Shown one piece after another: positions 44,586-58,860 of a stretch of DNA of 64,000 nucleotides. The stretch covers positions 17,670,001 through 17,734,000 of the forward strand of contig OZ004615.1 of the NCBI GenBank assembly GCA_963924565.1, in the 5' to 3' direction. The notes under the pieces are model-generated. The model was not told where the DNA came from. It did no database searches and saw only the letters and a program-made list of their open reading frames with translations. The DNA is from Ascidiella aspersa. Taxonomy: Eukaryota. How positions within the stretch are numbered: position 1 is the stretch's first letter; every line of letters begins with the position of its first letter. Made by a program: the position numbers and the translations under genes.

Positions 44586-47500
44586 TTAAACGTACTCCGA
44601 ACTGAAGTCAGGTAAATTTGATTTCTGTATGCTTAGATTTCCTTGATGTGAAGTCCTGTAGTTGTTAGTAATGTAGGGGATCTCCCTATCCCGATGGTCG
44701 TGGTTAATGCTTGCCGCCACCATCATTGCGCCACCTACCGGCAATATGACCATGGTAGCCCAACCGATGTATAGACACGACCCGTATATGAACTTGCTAT
44801 TCGCTTCGAGTCGCACGTTTAGAGGTTTGCGGAAATCTCGCATAACCTGAAATAGAATTTTTAATATTTTAGCAAAATCTATCAGCATGATTTTAACATA
44901 ATGTTACCATATGAGCAGTATTTTACAGCTATACACACTGAACATCCTATACCTAGAAATATATTTTACCAGAGAAAAAATACATTTTACATTCTGAGAG
45001 ACAAATCCTAAGAACTATAATATAAAAAGGCAAGTTGCAAAATACTTTTAGAAGTGCTTGACGAATCATAGTTACAAACTTACAAATTATTTTTTTCGTT
45101 AATTTGTAAAAAAAGGCTGAATTTATGCGTTTATATGCAGGATAAACCCATTTCTAGATACATGACTTTTTTAATCTGCCATAAGATTCGCTTTGGGAAT
45201 AATTATTCTCAAGGGAAAGACAAGCCATGAGCGAAGAAAGACAATTACGGACAAGTCGTTTTGCCACGAGATTTAACTTAAATTAAACACGTTTAGTAAA
45301 CTAGAGTGCTTTTGTGTTTGTTATCATCATTTCTAATTGTTTTTAAATAGAGCTTTTTAGTGTGATTCTGTTTACGAAAACAGTAGGATTGTTTTTCGTT
45401 AAACTTTAACTTATGTATATCGCGAAAATATTTTCTAAAAAAACCTAACCACATAACTCGCCTATTTTTGTAGTATCGACTCGAAATAAGGGTTAACTGG
45501 TTGTTTTAAGCGATTGGTATCAACCTATTTAATTTGCAAATGACTTTACGTGATTAATTTTACAACAACTGGTCCACACCGTTGCATACAGCTATTTTCG
45601 ACCCAGTTAGGAAACACTTTTTAAACACAATTTTAATACGAATCAAACGCCAGTGCTGTAACTCCCAGGGGTGAATGGTACGCGCGATATTAGCGTTACG
45701 CGATGTTGTTTAAAGTGCTAAAAACGCTTTCGGCTGCAAAAAAGTAATGGCTTTGTACAGAAATCGATGGAAAGCGAAATTAATGTGTTCGCGTGCAGTG
45801 ACTCCCACGAGTTAGTAGTGCAAAGCGTGTTTGTTGGCCGAACGCAAGTCATCGATCCCCACTGCCGCGTCGCGGGAATTGCGATGTCATTGTCGCGTCA
45901 CAAACGACCATTTCGCGGGTGCGAGGAACAGGACTCTCTACCGAAAGGCAGTGAAGCGGAAGAGTATTGCCTCTGACAAGTTGCTCATTGCTACAAGGCC
46001 AGTCACTAGTGTCAATAGAAACATTCACCAGCAACGGCGCTATGCAAAAATACACCAAAAAACAAGTCCTAAACACTTATTTCGGTTTACTTTAAAGTTT
46101 AAAGCATCGTTTATACCAGTGGTTGTCAAGTTTTTTTTAGCATGCGGCACACTAAAAAAAATCTTAAATATTTCGCGGCACACTTTAAACAGAGCAACAA
46201 TAGAATAGTTTTACAATCGCCCTTAACACACGACGAACTATATGTAAATGTCTCAATATTATTAATTTGTAATGAGTAGTGCGTATATAAGTCTAAAATT
46301 CTTGCGTGTATGTCTATTGCTAATACAGATACCTTATTTTCCAAAACTACAAAAAGTTTCGGGCACACTTGGCAATCTCTCGAGGCACACTAGTATGCCG
46401 CGGCACACAGTTCGAGAATCACTGGTTTATACAGAAAAATATTTTATCATACTCTTTTGTTAGTCACCTTTTTAATTTTAGTTAATTAGTTAGACAAATG
46501 GCTCTTTTTTAATTTGTTTAGTAGCCGCACAAGAAAGTATCTATAGGGATTTAGTAGATTTTGAACTGCAGCAATCAAGGGCACACACTCACAGTTGGAA
46601 CCAAATGAACAGAACATATCAAATTGGTGCCGAATATCGATTGAACGCTACGCTACGTCCCCGTCGTTTTGTCGACGACGTGAATTGTGCAGTCGGCTCA
46701 CACGTCATTATGTTTGTTTCGACCCATTCGTTGGCCCTAGCAGTACTGGATCATCTTAGGTTGTGTTAATTGGTGACTAACCTTTTTAGGTGTAAATTGC
46801 GGTATTGGACAATTTCACTAGATTTTTAACGGGGTATATACGTCTTGTTGTCGGTGTAAAACAAACTTCAAAGCTAGATAAAATATATGAAAAAGTCATA
46901 AATATAAGATCAGTTGGATAATTTTTTTTATACAAGCCAGCTAAGCGTACCGTATAAATAACCCTTTTAAAATCATCTAATAAAGCGGAAAGGTTATATG
47001 TCATTTTATTTTAGTATTTTTTCAGGATTTTGGTTTCATATTAATTTTACTATTCTATTTATTTCATGTAATTTTAGCCATACACCATTTCAGAACAGCC
47101 TTTGGTGCAGTAAAATATTTGATTATTCGCGATCGGCAAATTCGACCAGGCTGTTTAATTCAAGTTCCTCTGATACTTCCATGCACATTTATGGTAGTTA
47201 AAAACCTTGTGTTATGTCTCGAAGATTTTTGGAAATTCCCAATTTTATTATGAGGAAATCCATGCTAAAAGGTAATAAATACAAAACATAACAAACAAGA
47301 AACCGACGTTTCTCGCAAGATAAATTACATTAGATTAGTTAACTATCTCAATTTAACCAATCTCTATTATAAAGAAAAGGTTATTGGTTTCAATGGCGTA
47401 TTGCAACGTCCTAGGGTGAAATAAAAATATTGTTTTTTTTCACAAACACAAATACGCTCGAAAAGTTTTTATAAACTTGTAAAACATCAATTCAAAATGG

Positions 47501-50500
47501 CTGCAATGGTTTTCAATACAACTACTACAGTATGTTTTAATTGTCGACATGGATATACCTTTTGCGCGTAGAAAGAAACCGCGATGCCGGTTAGGATACC
47601 AGCAATAATCCAAAGTATCCCGGAGCTGACGGCCATGCGTTGTTTGTAACTTCTGCTGGAGCCCATGCAAGACGTGCACTCCATCCCAAGCATAGAGAAT
47701 AACACGGCCAATATACCGCAGGATATCGCTGTGCACATCAGACCTCGGCCGACCTGAATTCGCAACCAAAAAAGTTTAACACCTATAGCTTTTTATCGTT
47801 CTCGTTTAGAAGAAGTATCCTTTGTTTAAACATGGGTAATGATGCAAGGGGAAGTCTTTGTGTTCAAGTCAAGCGCCATTTTTGACAGCATTTATGTAAC
47901 CGGGCTAAAAATAAATGGCGCGTCTAAATCTTGAAACATTGTTGATTGCATGAATCGAGTTAATGGCTTTCCAACCAGAGTTGTCGACTAAAAAGCGAAT
48001 CAACCTAATTTATCCCTTGACGCGTGGTTTCCGCTGCTTGGCCTAAAACTCGCAATTAAATATGTTAGAAATGGCTCTCAGAAGCTTTGTACCATTATGC
48101 GCCAATGAGTAAAATGGCGAAATTCTGACCGATGGCCAGGACAAAACTTTTCACTTGAACATTTGTTTAGGCCTAGGGTATGGTTTTGGTGACAGCAAAG
48201 AAATTTTAAAATAACGCAATTGTTTAATCTCAGTTTGTAAAAATCTCTATTTGTAAAAACGATGTTTTGAGAGACCGTTAGAGAAATTTGTGTGATCGTT
48301 TTGGTCGCTCAAAACACCCTTTAAAACTGCACCTGTAATAATTCTCAATATCTAAACACCAGCATCAAGAAACATTAGCAATTTCTTGTGAATAATCAAC
48401 AGGCCGGGTACACCACGAATATGATTAAATGATAGGTCTCGAATAGAAGAAACTCGGGCGAACACGTTTACGAGCGAACTTCGCTCCGAAACGCATTACA
48501 AGCTCGCACAAATTAAACAACGAGTCAAATGTTTCATTACAAACTGCAGGAAGTTCGATTGGCCTCGCAAAGCGCGCCTCTGGTCGTTACATTGATTGAC
48601 CTAAAATGTCGCAACGAGTCACGAGGGTGCAAATTTAACGTGTCAGTACAACTGCTGTTAAACGGTAACGGCTCTTAGTCCCGTGTATAAAAACGTTCTC
48701 GTCGGAAATGCAGCCGTTTATATAACGCAATCGAACTGTATTTTATAATACTGTACAATGGTGACAGCTATGACTGTCGCAGGCGCTACACTCACTTTAT
48801 TATAGGCAAAAGGAGAATTGAATAGCGAATGGAAAGTTCTTATTTATCGATGCCACGCACATTAATCACCTCGCTCAATTTTTTACAAAGTCGTCATTAA
48901 AGAAAGTATATCGGGAGATGTAAAGCTGCTTTTTGTTGCAGTAAAGATTTGTTCCGGTGTGTTACATTTCGATTATTACTTTTTAGTAATCCTCCTTGCC
49001 CTTAAACCGTGATGAAGTGTACAGCAGCGAATAAACGTTAAGCACAGAGCCCGTGAATATTAAAATATTTCTCAAGGCTGGTGCTTTGAAAACTTGGATG
49101 TAATCAAATGTTAATCTGCTCCTACATTGATCGTCCCCCGAAAAATGTCGATAGGAATTATAATAAAAGTGACAGGAATATGCACAAGGTGCATGTACAT
49201 CTGTAAGACCACGTCAGAATACCATATTGATTTGGCGGTTATTCAACAAAGCTAGCAACGTCCAATGGAAGAATGTTGTAACGAACAAAAGGATTAATAA
49301 AATCAAAAACAGCTCATCTGGTAATTATAATGTTACCGAATGAAGGTTTCGGCAAGCAATTCAATTTTTTTTCCTTTTTCAGGAGTAAATCGCACTGAGC
49401 GCTGTTTTTGATTATTATTATTATTATTATTATGGTTATTATGCCTGGTAGGAACAGTTTATGTATTGAACAAGGATTGTTTAGGAATCATTTATTCAAC
49501 CCACTGGGGCAAAGTAAGATGGATTTCAAACTGTTTTGAAAACTTGAAACTTTCTTTGTTAACAAATAAATTAAAATGCTCTCCACTAAACAGTTTTACA
49601 ATAAAACAAAACGAACGGCGTCCTAAAATTAGTCAATTGTGGAACAACGCGCTCTACTATAATACCTATGTTCAGCTTTTAGACAAAAAATTAGTTATTG
49701 TTTTTACCTGGACCGTTGTTGGCAATTTGACGAAAAACTCCGTAAATCCTTGGCACTGCCATGTTCCCACAGGAAACGACACGCATTGAATCCATATTCC
49801 TGTAAACACAAACTAAATGTTTAGCGCTTTTGTCGAAGCAAACCAAATATATTTATAATAATCAATGACAACAAGCAACAGAAATGCTTCCAAACAGGGA
49901 CGAAAATAACTAGTTCTTTAACGATGGTTGAAGGTATTGTCACTCAAAAGGTCCCTATCGTAATGTTTTGGTTTAAAAAAATTAATTAAAACACAAGGTT
50001 CCAAGTAAAATGTAAGAACTTCTCATTTTTCCCTGGCTTTAGTTCAAATATTAAAGTATTTTTTACAGTTTGTATTACATTTTGCAGTGTAATACATGCA
50101 CTTCTATAAACTTTTCCTGTAGGTCTATTTTAAAGGAAGTTGCAAATTTATCTTATGGCGAATCGCCTGTAAAGGATTGTTTTTTACATATTGTTTTTTA
50201 CAATTTTGTTTTTCAAATACAAATCACATAGTATATAAAGTACAATGAACGTTTGATCAGGCTGTTTACAAAAGGAAGCAATCCCATTTGAGAATTTGTC
50301 TTTATTTTCCTTTTATGTGTTTTGTGGCTCTTAATTAGTTAATGTTAATGTCTCAGTACATGCTTAAAAATTTTTTTATTCATTTCGTATTTTTACACAT
50401 TTTGTATGTAGTCTATTCTATAAGTAATTTTAAACTATATAAATTTAAAGCATATATGGCAGCGTTTTCGCCCCAGATTACTTAGGTCTTACAATTACAC

Positions 50501-50950
50501 TGATAAAATCCTCCTACGAACAAACTGGTTCGAATTGATAAAAGAGAAACATATGATCTTTCTTAACGTCCCACAAATACCTTTCTGTACATTGACATTT
50601 AATATTGGATTATCACATATCCTGATCCAGAATAAAACAACGTTGTTTTTTTATGTATTGTATTCTCTCGGAAAAGGTGGACAAGAATTGAGCTATCGCT
50701 CTTCGAACATTTCAACATTGAAAAATGCTCAAAATAATTCATATTCGTCCTATAAAAAAGCGACCTTGTTGGGGCAATAATTGCAACATGCACTTGTAAT
50801 ATACGCACCTTCGTAATGCACAAGAGTTGCCATCGGATCCTTCGGTGTGTCACCTCGTTTCCACTGCGGCATAAAGGCAGTCGTCAGCATACATATTCCT
50901 CCGATCAGCGCGATGATAAATCCAATCAACTGAACCACTGCGCTGGTCAT
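44586..50950 (-). CDS. Claudin (paralog B), 229 aa, 4 coding exons
   Basis: Exons 50950-50809, 49799-49708, 47753-47559, 44846-44586, in phase. Motifs PQW...GIWIQC-x8-C, GMECTSC, YGSCLYIGW and a C-terminal EYV. Confidence 0.93.
46117..46424. mobile_element. hAT-type MITE (308 bp) in claudin B intron 3
   Basis: CAGTGGTTGTC / GAGAATCACTG termini; perfect TSD GTTTATAC; CGGCACAC subterminal repeats. Confidence 0.88.
49411..49433. repeat. (ATT)n microsatellite
   Basis: About 7-8 consecutive ATT units. Confidence 0.8.
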
Positions 50951-53900
50951 AATTGCTCGCCTGCTACAAATCAAATACGAACGCAAATCTCGACCACGTC
51001 AGTCGTGCCGCTCTATTTTGTAACAACCTGCATTTCGTCCTACCAACAAAAAAAAGACTTAGCATACAGCAAACGCTTTTGACAAATCTTTTCGACAACG
51101 AAACAATATAATCCGTCTTAACGCCTTTGAGCTGAATGGGCGCTGTGGGCACGCACCGGTTGCACATGCCGGCATGTCAGCCCGCCCTACTTATCATAAT
51201 GTAAATCCGGCTCGGCAAGATTATCAACAGGCTCGAATATTGATTTTCTTTTTACCCATTTTGCAGCACAGTGACGGCGGTGTCGGCATCGTTGGAGGCG
51301 TTGTCGAGGCAAACGGCCTTGTCGTGTTTTGTACAAGGCCTGGGGTCTGCATGCATAGTACATACTCGTGTCTAGGCTGCGAACAAGTTTTGCTTTTCGA
51401 TGTCCCCATGCTTCGTTCGTCTTGGTTCGAATTAACTTGCTCGCGGCTCGCACTTCGTTTACAGCATTCATTCCGAGTCGGGGCATGCATAATTTATGCG
51501 GCCTTTGATTTTCCGCCGCAGTTTCGGGCGCGCCGCCCGTGTTGATGGAAATCTTCGCCCCATCAAGGATCCTTAATGTAGCTACTCGCGTTTTTTGATT
51601 AACGATTCTCGGGAAATCAAGAAGCGGTCGAAAAACGGTGCGGCCACAGCGCTTCAGGGCTCCCGATGTTCAGCTTGCATAATAATAGACACGCCGGGAA
51701 CATTTCACACCAGGCAACAAATCGATAACGGAAAAATGGATGTGTACGACATGCGGACGAGAAAATGTCGATTTTATTTGTCGTTTAGGCACAAAAAGTA
51801 CGGCTCAGATCCTCGAATGCATTGCGACGGAGCTGCTTAAATTCGTTGTGAATAAAATGAATTAAATTACGTGTACACGAATAAGTGTCATAATAAAGAC
51901 ATTCAGTACCAAATTTCATACTTTGGGTGGTGGTTCATGCAAGCACAGAGATTTCTCCACAATTTATCATTTTTTATGTGCGTCTGTTACATCTACTAAC
52001 GACCTTCCAATGTAAAATCGAAAATTCGAAATATTGTTTTTTACGCATTTGTTAAAACTCGCGGGCAATTTTTTAGTCGCAAATTTGCAGTTGGAGGGCA
52101 TCAAAAACAACAAGTTCTTAAAAATGGCTGTAGAATTGACAGCTCCAGGAATTATACCGATGTTAAGATAAATCCTTTAGGCCTAAAGTCTATCTTATTT
52201 AGCTTTGGGATCTGCAAATGTCACCCTCGTATCAGATCACTTGGTATTAGGTAACGACTTTAATCCGGCATTATTGGACATCCTATTATTAAAACAAAGT
52301 TCATATTCTAATACATGGTATTTCGCAAATAAATACTTAATCTATTGTTAATACAATATGTTCAATATATATTAATGAAGTATACAACAAAAAGTAGGCT
52401 CTTAATCTAAACGACAAGCAAATGAACCATAGCCTAACGCAACGTGACACAATACTTAATAAAAGTTAAACCCTAAAAGCCGATTATAACGACAAATACC
52501 TTTAAAAAGCATAAATCTTTATAGCTGGGAAGTATTGCTTAGTTTTTTATACAGAGTTATTTAACTCGCTAAACATACTGAAATATAGACTAAACGGGTA
52601 GGACAAAAGCAGTCCCTAAGTAATGTTACTCAAAAATCAATTACATCACTTTGCTTTTCTTAGCTGAACGCTAAATACCTTATTATAACTTGTTTAACTT
52701 TCCTACAAAGGACAGCATTGTATTGATCAAATATCCCAAACTGACTTGTTGTTTAAATTTCTACGTAAATCGATGTATTTTGCTAGATTTCACACTAACT
52801 ATCACGGGGTCGTGCACGAATACTTATAAAAGGATGACCCCATGAAACGCTTGCGGCGAAATGACGATTGAATACAGTTTGGCTATACAAAGGACTGATT
52901 TAAAAGTACAAATCATGAAACCCTGCGCTAAATGAGTTCTAAATTCTCGCGTAATAGGTCTTTAAGTATAATAGTACAATTTAAGGGCCTTACAATGTTA
53001 GAGATGTCAAAATGTTTCCTCTACATTTTAGAAATGTTTCCTCTACATTTCCAATACGACCTTTAAACAACTGACACCTAATAGTAAAGCTTGTGAGACG
53101 GTGCGATTCGCCGCTAAAGTGTTTGGTTGCATGCAAGCCCAAATGGTGGGTGAAATCGTGAAAGTGTTTCGAGCGACAACAAGCCCGCAGTACAAGGGCC
53201 GCCGTTGAAAGCTTGGCTTGTAATGTATGGACGCTCGGGCTCCAAGGAGGCGTACCAGTCCCTGTCTAAACTCACAACACATTCGGCATAATTTTACGGT
53301 TCAACAAACCCGAACGTCATAACAGAGCCCTCTGTTAACATTGTGAACTGCCAATCGCGCAAGGTCTTGTGGGACGGGCGCTATAAATCATGAGGATTAT
53401 GACAGCAATCATACCGCACTCCGTAAGGCGTTTTGTTTGTTTGCATACGGCCCTTTGGAGTGCTTTTCTGACCTTAATCTTTGTCGAATATCCCGGGATT
53501 ATTGGCCGCTATGCTTTCTCCATTACGTGGTAAAATCGATATATAGGCTAATTAGCGAAAATTTGACATTGATATTTCGTGGTGCTGGCATTTATGTCGC
53601 TTGAAGTCAAATCAATGCGCATGCCAGCAGCTTAAAATGCTATTAATAGGTCTGAAATTAATTATTTTAAGTCAATACATTTCCAAACTAACCTATCTTT
53701 GAACCTTTTGTAACTGTATACTTAGTGCGTGTCAAAATATTACCAAAATTAGGACCCGCTCAGCAAAATCATATTTGCCAAAACACAACACAACAGCACT
53801 TCAACTATAGTTAAAAAGTATTTTATTTCATACAACAAATCATTCTAAGACGGAGAATTAAGTTATTAAGACACTGCCTTCTTGCAATTCTGGTTCTAAG

Positions 53901-55538
53901 AAAGATCTCTAATACTTAATTGCGAAAGTAATACGGAGACCTGTCTCTTGTTACTTAAACTTACTGTGTTAACCGCAAATAGCCACACCGACACACTATA
54001 CATTTGGACAGAAACATGTATTACCTTATTTCTTCATTGCGTATGCCTACACATAAAAGTTTCCAACAACAAGACTGTGATATTCGCAATGGTGAATTTA
54101 AAATATTTTTTCTGATCAGCTTTTAAAGCTCATAATAAAGTTCAAATAAACAATGACTGAATTTTACTGACAGCATATGATCTGATTCGTGCAAAATCGG
54201 TGACTTCAAATAAACTATAAGCCGAAAGCTCAAAAAATGTTTATCTAAAAAGACACACGCAAACATTATGAACACGGAGTCGCATTAGGCTACTGTGGTA
54301 GCGCATGCAGCTGTTGTACAAATTAAAAATAAAATATGACAATCGCCCATATACCTACATCGTGGCCTGTACAATATAGTGAAATAGACTTATCTTCGTA
54401 TGCCAAACTGAAAATTCGTTGATTTTTAACACTTGGTCTTGCTAACAATTTTATTGGGTTTCGCAAACCTTAACTTCATTTATATCTATTAGTCTGGTCT
54501 TGCCCTTTTTAGTCAGTGAATTAGCAATACAGATTTTGCGCAGATTCGTGTGGATTTTGGTGCATTTATGTGTGCTTAAAATAAAAAAAATCGATGAATA
54601 CCTTTACAAAAGTAAGCTAATGTGTGTAGCTGCGCTGTCTCGAAATTCAAGTAAAAATCTTAGTTGCTTAATTTAAAAACTCTTTCCTACCGTATACAGA
54701 CAATGTGGGCAAATTGGCGGGGCAGCTGAAAAACAAATTTGATTGCGTTTTTAGATTGGTGCAATCAATATTTAATGTGATAGGGTACTGGTGAGATACA
54801 ATACGACGTTTGGGAGCGCTTAAAAAATAAGGTATTGCTAATTGTTTAATTTTCAAAACTTTTGATAACGATGACCGTTTTTTATTTGATATTTATATAC
54901 AAATGATGTACCACATTTGTTTTCGGGCACAAAACTCACAATCACTTATTTTTCTAATGTATATAAAAAACAAATGGGGAAAAATGCATGCATTGCTACA
55001 AACAAATGAAACGAACAAAAGTATAGGAAGCACAATATGCCATTTTTGGTTTAGGAAAAAAATCCTTGTTTTAGATCATTTTAATATTAGGCGCGCTAGA
55101 TATGTCGCAATTAGTTAACATCCTGTATACTTTTGCGACTTGAAAACGTAAATCATTTATCTTATACATTTTAGTTCATACTTTTTATTTTTGATTAGTG
55201 CTAACCTTCTAAAAGTCTAAAATGTATTAAATTACTTTATATATTTTAGGCGTTTATAATCTTATTTTCCTAAATATTTTTCATATAAAGTTACGGCTTG
55301 CCTATTTATAGTTATCTTTTATTTATTTATGTAACTTACGGTAAAAAATCCGCAAACAACGGAAATTGTTTTTACTGTAAACACCCAGCAATTCGTAATT
55401 CGTTTAATTTTCTCCCGCGTAACAATGCGTTTGTTTTGTCACAAAAACTTTTGATAAACAAAAACACAGCAATAATAATAATTTGCGTTGCATTTCACTG
55501 ACAAGAAATCGAATGCAAGCGTATGGCAAGCTGTATTA

Positions 55539-56868
55539 ATGCAAAAACTGAATCCTTCTGTTGGACCACAAACCAGTGCGATGCAGCCTCAACAACAAGT
55601 TGCTAAACCGACAGTGAAACCACATGTATCAGACCAAACCAGTGGCCTGGGTCTGTGCGGGTACATTTTGATTTTCCTCTCCTGTCTCATGTTGGTGCCA
55701 TTCGGGCCGTTCGCTTTTTGCATGTGCATCAAAGTCATTCAAGAATACGAAAGGGCGGTCATCTTTCGTCTGGGAAGATTGCAGGGCGGCGCAAAAGGCC
55801 CCGGGATATTTTTCATGATTCCCTGCACGGACAACTACACGCAAGTAGACCTCAGGACCAAGACCTTTGACGTTCCGCCTCAAGAAATTCTCACCAAGGA
55901 TAGTGTTACAGTTGCAGTGGACGCAGTTATCTACTACAGAATCCACAACGCAATCATGGCGGTCGCCAATGTCGAAAACGCCGATGGTGCCACAAGGCTT
56001 TTGGCGCAAACTACATTGCGCAATATACTGGGAACGAGGAGCCTTGCGGAGATTTTGACCGAGCGCGATCAAATCGCCTATTCGATGCTCGCGAGTCTGG
56101 ACGAGGCAACTGATGCTTGGGGAATCACAGTGGAGCGGATTGAGATCAAGGATGTTCGCTTGCCGATACAGCTTCAGCGGTAAGTGGATGTTTCGTGTGC
56201 CAGGCAGCCTCAGGTTGAACTGCAGCGGCGACTCTGACACATAGAATTACCAAATTATTTAGTTAAAATCACATTGCTATTATAATTCAGACGAATATAG
56301 TCAAGAGCACTGTTCAGATATCCTTGTATTTAGGGTGTTCAGATGGGGCGCCCCGTTCAAAAAATTGCGAATAAAAAGACAAAAACACCCAGTAACATAT
56401 AGCATTTTTACTGTTAGGCCCACGACCTTGCTTACACGAAAATCCCTAAATTGACTATGATATGCGTGCAGTTATCGTAGTTCAATGTACGACTTCTGAA
56501 GGGCTAATAGCAGTTGTACACACTTGTGTATGAATTTTTCAGTAATATGATATTATACTTAATCTACTGTGCTGTAGATACTGTTGAATTTATAGGTGTT
56601 ACAGTGTGTGCCTGTTTTGTAATACAGCGCCATGGCGGCCGAGGCTGAAGCATCGCGCGAAGCCAAGGCCAAGGTTATCGCGGCCGACGGCGAAATGCGC
56701 GCCTCGCAAAAGCTGAAGGAAGCTGCCGAGGTGATGTCGGGAGCTCCGAACACCCTTCAACTCCGTTACTTGCAAACCCTCACCTCTATCAGCGCTGAGA
56801 AGAACTCTACTATCATCTTTCCGCTGCCCATCGAGCTCATGAACGCCATTACTAGCAGTAAAAAGTAG
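55539..56868 (+). CDS. STOM: Stomatin / band 7 (SPFH) family protein, about 293 aa, 2 coding exons
   Basis: Exons 55539-56179 and 56628-56868 (phase-2 GT-AG intron). Hydrophobic hairpin with Pro, then CIKVIQEYERAVIFRLGRL, VDLRT.TFDVPPQEILTKDSVTV.VDAV, LLAQTTLRNILGT, QRAMAAEAEASREAKAKVIAA, LQLRYLQTLTSISAEKNSTIIFPLP. The start codon is uncertain because an upstream exon is possible. Confidence 0.93.
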
Positions 56869-57869
56869 AAGTCACGCCTGCAAAGGAACTTTTGTTTTTA
56901 TACCTAAACACAGCTCCGTAACTACTTAAAATAAATTTTGGACTGAAACAAGGTCTTCTCATTCTTTGGAGTTCTGATTTGCACCAATGTTCGTTCACGC
57001 GACTATATAACAATATTACATTTACCTTAATCATTTTACCTTAAAATACAATTTATTTTACCCAGATAAATTTTAGGTGAAATGGTATAATATACAAACC
57101 AGACGAGGTGTGAACTGACGTACACATGGGTTAACTTTTGCGGTTAGTATGCTCATTATCTGATTTATATTGGGACGCCCATAAGTCCGCGTTCAACATT
57201 TTTGGCTCACGGCAATTGTTTACCATAACAGGAAAATTCACGTTTTATTAATAGAAGTTTTGCTGAATTTACATGTGAATCATCTATATCAGTGTTGGGG
57301 TCGCCTGATAATTCTACTCGGTCACTCGAATGATGAAATAAAAAGAACCCTTCAATTATAATAGTAAAATTGGCGTCACGCTTTAGGTATACTAACATAT
57401 TTTCCTTATATACTGTAGTTGCATTTTAAAATAACTTTAGTAAATGAGCTTAAACATGTGTATAGATTGCAAAAAGTCATATGCCTACACTAATACGATA
57501 GACTATAAGCCGTGTCTTGAAAAAATGTTTGTAGGTCAACTTATAACATAGCCATTTTACGTCAAACTTGGGTCACTGCGTACCTCATTACGCGATTTTG
57601 CTATTCATAAAGCCTAAACCCTAGACCTTCAAGCTATACGAGTCCTTAAAAAACGAGTTAAACCTAATTTTTGTAGCAACGTTGTAATTAACTTGCACTG
57701 CACTGGTTTTGTGCGCTGTATGTTTTTTTAAAATTCTACATTTGTTTTGCATTTGGTTTATAATAGTGATTCTCACTCTCAGGTTTAACCCGTTCCGTAG
57801 TGTGGCGTCACAAAATATGTAATGACATTAAGTGACACAAACTTTTGACTTAAAGCAATTTTTCGGCTT

Positions 57870-58090
57870 GACCGGAGGTCGTGAGTTCGAACCTCATTGC
57901 AGGCTAGTTCTTTTTCTAGCCTGCCCTGCTTGCATCATAGGTAAATAGATTCGGTGATTCTGCAATGGCTTTCGGTGTACCAATTACACGTAAGCCGTAA
58001 TCGTTGGTCAAAAAGCAGCTTCAGAAGGGCTAGATCTCAGTTGTTAACACACTCTGTGTGCATGTTTCATCGAATTACATAAAGTGATTT
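57870..58090 (+). mobile_element. tRNA-derived SINE-like remnant
   Basis: GGAGGTCGTGAGTTCGAACCTC B-box segment shared with 19216-19236. The 3' boundary is approximate. Confidence 0.45.
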
Positions 58091-58860
58091 TGCAAAACAT
58101 AACAGCTTGTACTACATTATTCCAAAAGCAGGGGCGCACGGGGCCATATGCCCCCATTCGCAAAAAATGTGTTTATTTTAACTACACAAATAAATCCAAA
58201 TATATTTTTTCAAGTTTGGTGGCTTGCGTAGGTTTTTGAAAACCGGAGAACTGGTGCATCAATAAAATAGTTGGAACCCACTGGTTTAAAATAAATTACT
58301 CGAATTTGGTTCGACTTCCTGGTATTAACCATAATGGATTTTTTTTGGCGTAAACATCTAAAATTGTTTCTCCAGAATAGTTATGCGTAAGTTCAGTATT
58401 GTCCACATTTCTTAAAAGAAAATAATTTATTTTAGAACGTGTAGTAAATTTATAGCATAATCTTGTGCATCCATTGTAAAAACACGAAAACATCTTTAGA
58501 TAGGCTGCTGTTCTGCCCCGTGTATCGCGGGAAATTTTAATTTATATAATTTTTCGATTAGCGCATCGGGGTAACCCCCTTTCACTTAACTTAGCGCGAA
58601 AATAAATCAATACAATACAAAAAGTAATGTAGCCCAGGGTTGCCAGATTGGCATTTTTTGACGCCAAATTCTACAAATTTAGCTCTTTTTGAACATGGTT
58701 GGCGTTAGAAAATTCACTTAGCTTTTTTGAAAAGCTTGCTAAAACTAGTCAAATTGCAATGGCCTACTTTTATAGTTCCTAAACTTTCGTTTAAAGATCT
58801 ATTGGCCTTACCTTGCGTGACTTTTAAAATAATAAATCGTTACCGCAGGTCTCGAGGCCG

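Noticed and set aside
51161-51180. Possible p53/p63 response element upstream of claudin B
   Set aside because: The two CATG cores are 4 nt apart rather than the 6 required by RRRCWWGYYY x2.
55629-56240. 203-aa minus-strand ORF
   Set aside because: Antisense shadow of the stomatin exon with no independent motif.
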